This document shows, piece by piece, positions 1 to 11,732 of a DNA stretch of 64,000 nucleotides. Made by a program: the position numbers and the translations under genes. Every line of letters starts with the position of its first letter. The first letter of the stretch is position 1. The DNA is taken from assembly GCA_964016885.1 (NCBI GenBank), contig OZ024742.1, positions 361,026,001 through 361,090,000 on the forward strand, given 5' to 3'. The notes under the pieces are model-generated. The model ran no database searches. It was not told the origin of the DNA and saw nothing but the letters and a program-made list of their open reading frames with translations. The DNA is from Eledone cirrhosa (taxonomy: Eukaryota).

Positions 1-43
1 TATATATACGGATTAACAAATAATAGTTAAATGCAGTCCACTT

Positions 44-134
<91 letters not shown>

Positions 135-414
135 CATATATATATACATATATATATATATAAATACGTATATATATACATATATATATATATATACATT
201 TCGTTTCTGAATTTGTTTAGCAAGATTCTTTATCTGAAATCGTGTGTTGAAACCGATATTGTTATACTTTGAGAGGGTCATGTTGCCAATAAGAAACACA
301 CGCACCAGTTGCTTTCACTTCAATTTAATTTATTATATATTTATAAATTTACAAATTTATAAATTTCTGGTTGGTTGGTTGGTTCCACAACCAGATAGTT
401 GTTTATATATATAT

Positions 415-459
415 AGTCATAGTTCTTTCGTCACACACTCTGTGACCTCTTCAGTGACT
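415..459 (-). ncRNA. Minimal type I hammerhead ribozyme motif (family 1, copy 1)
   Basis: Minus strand reads AGUCA-CUGAAGA-G-GUCACA gagug UGUGAC-GAAA-GAAC-UA-UGACU. Confidence 0.75.
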
Positions 460-727
460 GGGGATTTCTTTCTTCGTTTCTGTGCCATTCCTTTCTTCTA
501 TCCTACGCCATTTTGTTTGTGTGTGGGTTGCGTGCTCAGTTTGCGCATGCGCCACATCCGGGTGTCTGTGTGTGTTTGTGTTCATTTTTTGTGTTCATTT
601 TGTGAACACAAACACACACAGACACCCGGATGTGGCGCATGCGCAAACTGAGCACGCAACCCACACACAAACAAAATGGCGTAGGATAGAAGAAAGGAAA
701 GGCACAGAAACGAAGAAAGAAATCCCC

Positions 728-772
728 AGTCACTGAAGAGGTCACAGAGTGTGTGACGAAAGAACTATGACT
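728..772 (+). ncRNA. Minimal type I hammerhead ribozyme motif (family 1, copy 2)
   Basis: Stem I AGUCA(728-732)/UGACU(768-772), core CUGAAGA(733-739), stem II GUCACA/UGUGAC, GAAA(758-761), 2-bp stem III, CUA cleavage triplet. Confidence 0.75.
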
Positions 773-939
773 ATATATATATAAACAACTATCTAGTTGT
801 GGAACCAACCAACCAACCAGAAATTTATAAATTTGTAAATTTATAAATATATAATAAATTAAATTGAAGTGAAAGCAACTGGTGCGTGTGTTTCTTATTG
901 GCAACATGACCCTCCCAAAGTATAACAATATATATATAC

Positions 940-970
<31 letters not shown>

Positions 971-983
971 CATATATATATAC

Positions 984-1022
<39 letters not shown>

Positions 1023-1180
1023 GATATATATATATATATACATATATATATACATATATATATATATACATATATATATATACATATACACATATATATA
1101 CATATATATATATATACATACATATGCATATATACATATATATATATACATAAATATATATATATATATACATATATATT

Positions 1181-1215
<35 letters not shown>

Positions 1216-1218
1216 TTG

Positions 1219-1258
<40 letters not shown>

Positions 1259-1261
<3 letters not shown>

Positions 1262-1735
1262 TGTTATACTTTGGGAGGGTCATGTTGCCAATAAGAAACA
1301 CACGCACCAGTTGCTTTCACTGCAATTTATTATATATTTATAAATTTATAAATTTCTGGTTGGTTGGTTGGTTCCACAACCAGATAGTTGTTTATATATA
1401 GTCATAGTCCTTTGGTCACACACTCTGTGACCTCTTCAGTGACTGGGGATTCCTTTCTTTGTTTCTGTGCCTTTCCTTTCTTCTGTCCTACGCCATTTTG
1501 TTTCTGTGTGTGTGTTGTGTGCTCAGTTTGCGCATGCATCACATCCGGGTGTCTGTGTGTGTTTGTGTTCATTTATCTATTTGTTTATTTATTTACATGT
1601 TATTGGTTGGTTGTTTGTACTATGTGTCTGTGTGTTTTCATTTTGTCCTTAATTGTAAGTTGTGATGTTGCTGTTCCACTCATATTTTCTATTTAATTTT
1701 GGTTGTAATTCTTTTATGTTTATTGCCTCTGATAT
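1259..1735 (-). mobile_element. Third, more diverged copy of the family 1 unit; its hammerhead (1400-1444) has GAAA changed to CAAA
   Basis: Same orientation and sequence as 256-584; apparent extension beyond ~1575 is uncertain. Confidence 0.7.
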
Positions 1736-1796
1736 ATATTTAAGTATGTATATATATAATTATGTATGTATATATATATATACATATATATATAAG

Positions 1797-1923
<127 letters not shown>

Positions 1924-1926
1924 ATG

Positions 1927-1981
<55 letters not shown>

Positions 1982-2031
1982 CTTTCCACCACTCCCCTAC
2001 ACACCCTTTGAACTCTGTTCCCACACACTTC

Positions 2032-2066
2032 CCACCTGAGGAAGGGCTTATGCCCGAAACGTCGTC
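2032..2066 (+). ncRNA. Ultra-minimal hammerhead-like motif in a pLTR-like fragment (~1980-2152)
   Basis: CUGAGGA-A-GGGC uuau GCCC-GAAAC-GUC; stem I only ~2 bp; AATAAA downstream at ~2100. Confidence 0.5.
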
Positions 2067-2150
2067 CCACCATCACCCCACTCTCCAGAGCGTGAAATTA
2101 ATAAACATTTGTGTACTGCCTCTCTGTTTTGTCCCTGTTCAAATTTTTCC

Positions 2151-2186
<36 letters not shown>

Positions 2187-2216
2187 CTTACATATATATC
2201 TATATACATACTTATA

Positions 2217-2296
<80 letters not shown>

Positions 2297-2369
2297 TATG
2301 TATATGGCAACATGTATATATATGGCAACATGACCCTCCCAAAGTACAACAATATATATATACATACTT

Positions 2370-2436
<67 letters not shown>

Positions 2437-2987
2437 AGTATATATATGGTCGAGCTGAATTCATAATCACATATTCACGGCTGTTATTTCTAGCGCCATG
2501 GATATGAGCCAGAATGCTGAGAAGGTCGTGTGCAAAAGCACATGTATTAGGCTTGCGACAGATCAGTCTTAAGATACTATCTTAGCAGAAGAGATTTTAA
2601 TTTCTGGGTGCCTACCGAAGATCACAGAAAATTGATTTCTCCACTAATAATTATTTTATAAATAGTTGTTCCGTAATTAATTAATTATTTCATTAGTATA
2701 ACATCCCTTGTGAAACAGGTTTATGTTTTGAAGTTCTGCCCGATCTGCTGAAAAGGTTTGAATTTTGAAATTTAAACTTGTCTAGGCACAAGGCAGTTGC
2801 CATTTTACGTCTGTAAGTATAGATTTAATATTTAAAATTCTCTAGATCGATACACACGGACTATATGTACTTGAATTAAGGTATTTCTATCTGGCTAAAA
2901 AATTATTGTCATTTTGCAAAAAAATCACAGTAGTGTTGATCATATATTTTTTTTATTTTTATTTCTAAATTGTAATATATACATAAG

Positions 2988-3065
<78 letters not shown>

Positions 3066-3069
3066 CATG

Positions 3070-3113
<44 letters not shown>

Positions 3114-3131
3114 CTTATATATATATATATG

Positions 3132-3168
<37 letters not shown>

Positions 3169-3169
3169 G

Positions 3170-3259
<90 letters not shown>

Positions 3260-3373
3260 CATATATATATGATAATAAGGGAGCTGCGGCGTTGCAAATG
3301 GGTTACATATGAAAAAGTTTGTCCTTCATCAGTGGCCTTCCAACCGTCGTAGGCATTTCATCGCTTTAAAGGC

Positions 3374-3409
<36 letters not shown>

Positions 3410-3413
3410 TATG

Positions 3414-3613
<200 letters not shown>

Positions 3614-3948
3614 CTTATATATATATGTATATATATATATATACATACATAATTATATATATACATACTTATATATATATCATAAAACATGTCTATAGAA
3701 TCACAAGATAAAATATATACCATTTCCTCTCCCAATTAACATAATTAACTATATAAAAAATCAAATAGACCAGGCTATAAGAATGAGGCTTCTATGAAGA
3801 AATCTCCAACAAATAACCGAAACTAGCCCTTTGCGTCGGCCGCAACGGAATATTTATCGAATATTTCGACAGCGTAATCGCCCAGATACAGTCAATTAAA
3901 CAGAATTAGGTGTAAAATAACCTTGGAGAAACTAGAATACATTTAAAT

Positions 3949-4035
3949 ACCTCTACCATGGTTTCGTCCGCATTTTGAGATTTCCAATAATTATGTAATA
4001 ATTATGTAACTCGAGCACCGATTCATCAGGAGATT
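3949..4035 (-). ncRNA. Degenerate hammerhead motif with long imperfect stem II
   Basis: Minus strand: AUCUC-CUGAUGA...GAAAC-CAUG-GUA-GAGGU; palindromic stem III ACCAUGGU. Confidence 0.55.
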
Positions 4036-4539
4036 TGCTCTGATCTAGACACTAAATTTTCCAAAGTGATCGCGCCAAGAATTCATTCAAAATGGCTAAG
4101 AATCCCGACGTAGTAGCGATCAGGTTGGAAGGGGTGTGGTAGTTGCTTACGGCTATTGGCTTTTTTGCTAGAAAGCACAGCACAATACAGCCAAATTTGT
4201 ATCTCAACCTAATGGGAGATTATTACATATAAAAGTTTACATATATATATACATATATATACATACACGTGTCTTGCAACGGGTCACTTTGTGGCTCAAT
4301 GAAAATTTAATAAATTAAACAATCAGAGCTATATATGTTATCTTGTGATTCTATAGACATGTTTTATGATATATAGCTCTGATTGTTTAATTTATTAAAT
4401 TGAAGGTAAATCTTCAACATAACTTTATAGCAAGTAACCCTAATAACGGTAGTAATAGTAGTAATAGCACTAGTATAAGCAATAACACCGGGGATGACAA
4501 CCCCCATATCCAAAATCCTATAGCTACCACCCGGACTTC

Positions 4540-4990
4540 TAAACAACATTTTAACCAGCAGACTAACACCCAGAATAATTGTAACTGTAGAGCAAATAGA
4601 ACCTGCCCTTTAGATAAAAAATGCTTAATCAAGGATATCATATACTCATGCACCGTCACAACTAGCAACTCTTCAGAAACCTATGTAGGCTCCACTTCTA
4701 ACTGCTTCAAAACCAGATATAATTCGCACATCCACTCGTTCAAAAAACACAGCCTGGCCAACTCCACTCACTATGTAGCTACATACACTATCTAAAAACT
4801 AAAAATAAACCTTACACGCTTAAATGGGAAGTGATAGGTAGCGTGACTTCGTACAAACCACCTAATAAATTTTGTAACCTCTGTCTACTAGAGACCCTAC
4901 TATTATCTTCTCTAACCATAACTTACTTAACAAAAAATCTGATGTGTTCGCGTCTTGCCAGCACCGCTTCCGACATTCCTTCCAAAACTT
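4540..4990 (+). pseudogene. Penelope-like element GIY-YIG endonuclease remnant (frameshifted)
   Basis: NCNCRANRTCPLDKKCLIKDIIYSCTV...ETYVGSTSNCFKTRYNSHIHSF, then in another frame WEVIGSVTSYKPPNKFCNLCLLE; matches the PLE GIY-YIG motif pattern. Confidence 0.85.
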
Positions 4991-6457
4991 TAAACCCAAT
5001 ATATAGCAATGTCAGACTTGAACCAGGCAACACCTCTAGCATCAAACCCCAAGAGCACACCTTATACCATATCACCACACTCATTGATCCAATATAACGT
5101 AAATAGTGACATCCCTCTAAAACCCTTTACAGTAGAATTACCTCTTTGTACATCTACTTTCGTTGTGACTGCCCCAATTGCTTGAACTACATTACACCAC
5201 TATATAATTAATGTAAAATTTAAACATTGAATTGATTCTGCGGATGGAGTGCCATCGTTGGATAAGTGGAAGACTAATTAATTTAGTAACATTGATGAGC
5301 TATATAACCTATATGCTGAGTGCAGTGAATGAAATGCAAGTGGCGTATGAGTTGTACATATATGTATGAATTGATGGTCGGATTAATGAATGGTAAGTGA
5401 GGATTGACCTCTGGTCTACCCTAGTGATAGTTAACTTTGACATCCCATCTGACATGCTTACCCAGAGCTTACCAGTAATTATTATATATAGAAGTGATTC
5501 TATAACCCTCCCAGGTTCTACGAGTAGACTACAATTACAATGATCATTGATTTGGAGATCTGGCTCTTGGTGTGATATATTCAATTGTGGCTCTCTATAG
5601 TGGAGGATAATCACCCTAATATGAACACCTTTAATACTTCTTGATAGACTACACTGTAATTATAGATAGGACACTTTAAATTTAAATTTTTAGAAACTGT
5701 TTATAACCATATAAGATAGGGTCTCTTTTGAGACACCATTTAATGTACATTAGGATAATATTTAGTTATAGAAATCAGTGAGTTGCCTCCGCTCACGCAT
5801 TAACTCCTCTTAGTCACACACACACTTCCGGAAAATAATACGATGTTGATTCTCGCAACTTAAACAACCTGCTATATTGGACTAAAGACCAACAAACTAT
5901 GATACTCTAACATAATCATCAAACGTCCAATATTGAATCGTGGATATGTGAGGAAATTATAATCTAGATATTACGCTCTCCGGACTGTGAAAATGGTGTT
6001 GTACACGAAAACAATATCATCGCTTTGCTACACATTTCTAATATTTTTAATATTTATAATATTTCTCTACACACAAGTTTCTATAACATTCATATGAAAA
6101 ATACATTACCAGTACAACCCCCTTGCTACTCTTGATTACCCGCTTAAAGTGCTTGTATTACATGTAACACCCTGCCGCACTATAATATTATATAAATAAG
6201 ACACACGTGCTTGCCACACGTGTAACTATTGCACACACTATCTGCTTCTGACTATCCTATCGCATTAATTTAATGTTGTATTTTAACATTAATTTTAATT
6301 TTATCCTCTTTTGATATGAATGTAATCTTTAAATGTATACTGCCACGCTAAATGTTATAATGGATGTCGACCCACCAAGCAACAATATATGCATATGTAT
6401 CTGTATGTCTCTTGGGTTGAAAAGGAGGTAATATATGTGATCATTCATTAATAAATC

Positions 6458-6502
6458 GCTCCGAAGAATCCAAACCTCGGTTTGGAGGAAACAATTGTAA
6501 GC
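6458..6502 (+). ncRNA. Degenerate hammerhead motif downstream of the PLE endonuclease
   Basis: GCU-CCGAAGA(U4>C)-a-UCCAAAC cucg GUUUGGA-g-GAAAC-AAUU-GUA-AGC; palindromic stem III ACAAUUGU. Confidence 0.55.
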
Positions 6503-6710
6503 ATATAAATGATTTGAACAGAACTTTGATTCTTATAACTTATATATAACTGCTCTGTAAAACAACTGATGTTATTACATTGAGCTATTTATCTTACTGG
6601 TAATAAGGTAGTAATATATTACTGCCTATCACTATTTAGGGTTTGTAAAAATATATATAACAACAAAAGGTTTTGTATATGCATAACCATAAATAGTATC
6701 CATAATACTA

Positions 6711-7056
6711 TCATCATTTCATCATCATCATTTCATTTTACGTCCGCTTTTTCCCTGCTTGCAAGGGTGGGACGGGAACTGATGCTGGCTTGATTTCTAC
6801 AGCTGGATGCCCTTCCTAACACCAACCTCATTTACAGTGAGTGCTGGGTGCTTTTTTGCCGTGGCACCTCCACGACCACTTTGCAGTGGAATGATAGGGA
6901 CCCCAGCCCCTATCATCTCATTTCTACAGCTGAGTAAACTGGAGCAATGTGAAAGTGTCTTGCTCAAGGAAACAACACATCACCCGGTCTGAGAATTGAA
7001 CTCACAACCTTTCGATTGCAAGCCCAATGCTCTAACCACTAAGCCATGTGCCTCCA
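6711..7056 (-). mobile_element. tRNA-derived SINE, family A (CORE-like middle, RTE-derived tail, (ATG)n end)
   Basis: A box TGGCTTAGTGG, B box GAGTTCAATTC, CCTTGAGCAAGACACTT motif; tail shared with RTE 3' ends in this window. Confidence 0.85.
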
Positions 7057-7217
7057 TATATATATATATATTTATATATATATATATGTGTATATAGTTA
7101 TATATATATATATATAAGTTATATATATATATGTAAGTTCTTCTCTCTAACATTTTTATTTAATGTTCAGTCGCTTGCTTTCTGTTCCTACTCTTTCTAT
7201 CCTCTCTCTCGCTCCCC

Positions 7218-7250
<33 letters not shown>

Positions 7251-7572
7251 CTTCTCTACCTCTCTCTCCCTCTCTCCCTCTCCCTCCCTCCCCCTCCCCC
7301 CCTCTCTCTATATATATATATCACAGAAAAAAGAGAATCAGTGTTGGGACGAAAGAAATTTACTGGACATATTACAATTGTTTGTCTGGCAACCAGCTCG
7401 AGGCACGATCGATGTGATGGTCGAACCTGACTCTGAAATCGCGCGGTCCTCGGATACGTCTCGATTCTACGAAGCAGATTTTCTATATATATATATACAT
7501 ATATATATCTTTTAGTCTTTTACCTGTTCCAGACATCTGGCTGAGGCCATGCTGGGGCCTATATATATATTC

Positions 7573-7812
7573 ATAATAATGAAAATTATTGTGTACAGTG
7601 CTCAGGTGCACTACAACTCATCAAGGGTGCATGTATAGTACATAGAATAATGTCAGGAAAGTGAACTGTGTATGAATCATGATATAAACACACTCACACA
7701 CACACACACACACACGTAATAGAGAGAGAATATCAGGTGTAGTGTTGGCAAATTTTCGGGAAGAATGCAAGTTTTGAAGGATTCAGTTTCCCAACAGCTA
7801 ACAACTGATGCA
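7573..7812 (-). mobile_element. CR1-like LINE 3' end fragment
   Basis: Reverse complement of the terminal part of the 30055-30628 element. Confidence 0.7.
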
Positions 7813-7906
7813 GTGTGTCCCAATGTAAATGACTATAATAATAATCAATCACTATAATCGGTTATTTTACCAGATTTTTAAAACTATTATTCATAATTAT
7901 TATTAT

Positions 7907-8098
7907 GGCTGAATTGGCAGTATTCGTACAGAGTCGGACACCATGCTTTGTAGCATAGAGTTACGGCCCTTTATGATCTGAGTTCAAATCCCGCCGAGGT
8001 TAACTTTGCCTTTCATCCTTACGGGGTCGATAAAATAAAGTACCAGTAATACACTGGGATAATTGCTGGCCTTGTGCCTAAAGTAGAAACAATTATTA
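7907..8098 (+). mobile_element. tRNA-derived SINE, family B (Nin/Deu-like core)
   Basis: GAGTTCAAATCC B box followed by GCCTTTCATCCTTACGGGGTCGATAAAATAAAGTACCAG; ~12 copies in window. Confidence 0.8.
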
Positions 8099-8391
8099 TG
8101 GTCATTTGCATTGGGACACACACATTTCAAGTTTCATATCTTCTCCATGCCTAAGTCTCACACACACACACATACATATATATATATACAGTATAACAAT
8201 GAAGTAGATATCACTAGGTCAGAATTCACCTAATATATTTGTTAAACAATAACTATCATTGTGTAACAGATATATTTTAACTTCATTGTTATAACAATAC
8301 TTTGAGGTTCACTGACGTACCTGTGTACGTCATCAAATACTCTATTATGTCTACAGTGATTAATTAACACAAAACATACTAAGTATATACT

Positions 8392-10472
8392 AAGTGCTGA
8401 GAAGAAAAATGCATGGAAGAGTCATTATGATAGATTACTAAATGAGGAGAATGCATGGGAAGAAGAGACCCTACCCCATGTAGACCCTATAGAGGGACCA
8501 GCAGTACAAGTCAGCGGCAGCGTAGTAAGTAAGGCAATCAGAGATATGAAGATGGGGAAGGCAACCGGTCCATCGAGTATAGCTGCCGAGATGCTGAAGG
8601 CATCTGGGTCTGTAGGTCACACTATAACCACACGTATCGTTAACCAGGTAATACTAGAAGGGGCCATACCAAAAGATTGGTGCAGTAGCATCATTGTCAA
8701 CTGCTACAAAGGTAAAGGCGATGCACTAGATAGAGGAAACTATAGAGGTATAAAGTTGATGGACCAGGTCATGAAAGTAACAGAAAGAGTTATAGCACAG
8801 CTGATTAGGGACCGGGTGAATATAGACGAGATGCAATTTGGGTTTGTACCAGGGAGAGGCACCACTGATGCCCTCTTCCTTGTGAGGCAATTACAGGAAA
8901 AGTACCTAGCTAAAAGTAAGCCACTCTACTTGGCATTTGTCGACCTTGAGAAAGCCTTTGACAGAGTTCCACGTGCGGTAATCTGGTGGGCTCTTAGAAA
9001 ACTAGGAGTAGATGAATGGCTTGTGAAAGCGGTACAAGCCATGTATAGGGGAGCAGTCAGCAAAGTTAGGATTAGCAATGAGTATAGCGAGGAATTTAGC
9101 GTACAGGTTGGGGTCCACCAGGGCTCTGTTCTTAGCCCTCTCCTGTTCATCATAGTCCTGCAGGCAATAACGGAGGAGTTTAAGACCGGATGCCCATGGG
9201 AACTCCTGTATGCTGATGACCTCGCACTCATAGCTGAATCTATGGTAGAACTAGAGAATAAATTCCAAACCTGGAAGCAGGGACTAGAGAGAAAGGGCCT
9301 CAAAGTCAACATGACAAAGACTAAGGTCCTTGTAAGTAGACGAGAAAACAGAACCCAGATCCCCTCAGGGAAATGGCCTTGCTCAGTATGTAGGAAAGGT
9401 GTAGGTAGGAACTCCATTCTCTGCCCCAAATGCAAACAGTGGGTACACAAGAGATGTAGCGGGATCTCAGGAAGCTTAATTAAGAATGTAGGATTCACAT
9501 GCAGCAGCTGTGCTGAAACAGCAAGCAAACAGCCACAGGAAACAAGTACCACCAATCTCTGGGAGGGCCCTGTAGAAACAGTAGACAGCTTCTGCTACCT
9601 AGGTGACCGAATTAGCAACGGAGGTGGGTGCTCAGAAAGTACAATAACTAGGGTAAGAACGGGATGGAAGAAGTTTAGGGAACTACTACCACTGCTAGCT
9701 GCAAAAGGCTTCTCCCTCAGAATGAAAGGCAGACTGTATGATGCGTGTATCCGAACAGCGATGTTGCATGGTAGTGAGACCTGGGCGCTGAAGGTGGAAG
9801 ACTTACGTAGATTAGAGAGAAACGAAGCCTGCATGCTCCGATGGATGTGTAACAGTAATATACGTGAACGACAAAGCATAAAGGAATTGAGAGAGAGACT
9901 GAGCATAAGAGGAATCAAATGCTGCGTGCAGGAGAGGCGGTTACGCTGGTATGGACATGTGATGCGTATGAAGGATGACAGCTGCATAAAAAGGTGCAGA
10001 GCACTAGAAGTTGATGGAAACCGCGGAGTGGGGAGACCCAAGATGACTTGGGATGAGGTGATAAAAGCCGACCTTACCCAACTACACCTCTCAAAGACAA
10101 TGACACACGACCGTGACTTCTGGCGTCACGCAGTAATACAGGGTACCCGACCTCCCATGGGTACATGCTGAAGCATATAAACAATATGCCCCCACTCCCC
10201 CCACCGCAAGGTGGTCGTGGAGGTGCCACGGCAAAAAAAGCACCCAGCCCACACTGTAAAGTGGACGTGTAGGCGCCACGAAAAAGCACCCAGCACTCAC
10301 TGTAAATGAGGTTGGTGTTAGGAAGGGCATCCAGCTGTAGAAATCAAGCCAGATCAGTTCCTGTATGAGCAAGGCATGGTCAGCCGACCAGACACTGCCC
10401 ACAACAGGACAACCCGTCTAACCCATGCTAGCGTGGAAGAACGGACGTAAAACGGTGATGATGATGATGATG

Positions 10473-10474
<2 letters not shown>
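8392..10474 (+). mobile_element. 5'-truncated young RTE-clade LINE with 3' UTR and (GAT)n tail
   Basis: Open RT frame; near-identical to 60558-63030. Confidence 0.92.
8546..10171 (+). CDS. Non-LTR retrotransposon reverse transcriptase (RTE clade), N-truncated, with internal PHD-like finger; frame is open from ~8393
   Basis: [61 protein letters not shown] motifs. Confidence 0.9.
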   Translation: MKMGKATGPSSIAAEMLKASGSVGHTITTRIVNQVILEGAIPKDWCSSIIVNCYKGKGDALDRGNYRGIKLMDQVMKVTERVIAQLIRDRVNIDEMQFGFVPGRGTTDALFLVRQLQEKYLAKSKPLYLAFVDLEKAFDRVPRAVIWWALRKLGVDEWLVKAVQAMYRGAVSKVRISNEYSEEFSVQVGVHQGSVLSPLLFIIVLQAITEEFKTGCPWELLYADDLALIAESMVELENKFQTWKQGLERKGLKVNMTKTKVLVSRRENRTQIPSGKWPCSVCRKGVGRNSILCPKCKQWVHKRCSGISGSLIKNVGFTCSSCAETASKQPQETSTTNLWEGPVETVDSFCYLGDRISNGGGCSESTITRVRTGWKKFRELLPLLAAKGFSLRMKGRLYDACIRTAMLHGSETWALKVEDLRRLERNEACMLRWMCNSNIRERQSIKELRERLSIRGIKCCVQERRLRWYGHVMRMKDDSCIKRCRALEVDGNRGVGRPKMTWDEVIKADLTQLHLSKTMTHDRDFWRHAVIQGTRPPMGTC

Positions 10475-10508
<34 letters not shown>

Positions 10509-10522
10509 ATTTTTTTTGTATA

Positions 10523-10581
<59 letters not shown>

Positions 10582-10799
10582 TTATATATAAGTATGTATA
10601 CGTACATACATATATGCATACAGACGTACAGTAGTATGTATATATATATACATACATGCACACATATATATATATATGTACGTACGGATTCACCGAACAC
10701 TTATTATAATGCTCGGTGTGTTTATAAACAAACATCCCAAATTAAGCCGTACAGTGTCTAGCAACCATCGTTGCTCATTTGTTCAACACTGACAAAGGA

Positions 10800-10842
10800 A
10801 CGCTGTACTAGTTTCAAGCTTATTAGCTATCGTCAGCAACGT
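10800..10842 (-). ncRNA. Minimal type I hammerhead motif (family 2, inverted copy)
   Basis: Minus strand ACGUUG-CUGACGA-U-AGCU aaua AGCU-U-GAAAC-UA-GUA-CAGCGU. Confidence 0.75.
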
Positions 10843-11043
10843 ATACCTTCCTGCCAGATGGTTGAACGTCTGAAAGTATATATTTTCCTGATGCATATTA
10901 ACGGCTGAGCAGCCTAATTTGCATATCGAGTGAATTAATCGGCCGGGGTATTGAAAACGATAAACAAAATTTCATTTCTCACTCTTAATATGCATAAGGA
11001 ATGTATATACTTTCAGACGTTCAACCATCTGGCAGGAAGGTAT

Positions 11044-11086
11044 ACGTTGCTGACGATAACTAATAAGCTTGAAACTAGTACAGCGT
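11044..11086 (+). ncRNA. Minimal type I hammerhead motif (family 2, stem II mismatch)
   Basis: ACGUUG-CUGACGA-UAACUAAUAAGCUU-GAAACUAGUA-CAGCGU. Confidence 0.65.
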
Positions 11087-11420
11087 TCCTTTGTCAGTGT
11101 TGAACAAATGAGCATCGATGTTTGCTAGACACTGTACGGCTTAATTCGGGATGTTTGTTTACAAACACACCGAGCATTATAATAAGTGATCGATGAATAC
11201 ATACGTACATATATATATGTGTGCATGTATGTATGTATATATATATACATACTTATATTTAAGTAACAGCCGTACTAAGAGTGAGAAATGAAATTTCGTT
11301 TATCATTTTCGGTACCTCGGCCGATTAACTCACTCGATATGTAAATTAGGCTGCTCAGCCGTTAATATGCATAAGGAAAGTATATACTTCCAGACGTTCA
11401 ACCATCTGGCAGGAAGGTAT

Positions 11421-11463
11421 ACGTTGCTGACGATAGCTAATAAGCTTGAAACTAGTACAGCGT
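11421..11463 (+). ncRNA. Minimal type I hammerhead motif (family 2)
   Basis: 6-bp stem I ACGUUG/CAGCGU, CUGACGA core, stem II AGCU/AGCU, palindromic stem III ACUAGU, GUA cleavage site. Confidence 0.75.
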
Positions 11464-11732
11464 TCCTTTGTCAGTGTTGAACAAATGAACAACGATGGTT
11501 GCTAGACACTGTACGGCTTAATTCGGGATGTTTGTTTACAAACACACTGAGCATTATAATAAGTGTTCGGTGAATCCATACGTACATATATATATGTGTG
11601 CATGTCTGTATATATATATATACATACGTCTGTATATGTATGTACTAAGAGTGAGAAATGAAATTTCGTTTATATATTTATATATATATATATATAAATA
11701 TATATATATATATGTGTGTATATATATATATA

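Larger units (their letters stand above)
198..930. mobile_element. Fold-back palindrome of a Penelope-pLTR/retrozyme-like unit (family 1); arms ~256-584 and ~603-930, ~18-nt spacer
   Basis: Right arm is the reverse complement of the left arm with a few substitutions; each arm carries a hammerhead motif; flanked by (TA)n. Confidence 0.8.
10674..11672. mobile_element. Retrozyme/pLTR-like array (family 2): one inverted copy (~10674-10986 -) joined to tandem + copies (~10985-11210, 11272-11590, start of next at 11642); period ~370 nt
   Basis: Direct and inverted similarity visible; three hammerhead motifs; flanked by (TA)n. Confidence 0.8.

Noticed and set aside
3305-3340. Hammerhead on minus strand (CUGAUGAAGGAC)
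   Set aside because: No matching stem II partner or GAAA box follows
8926-10041. Antisense ORFs of 209 and 148 aa (mirrored at 60991-62106)
   Set aside because: Shadow frames of the RT coding strand with no recognisable motif
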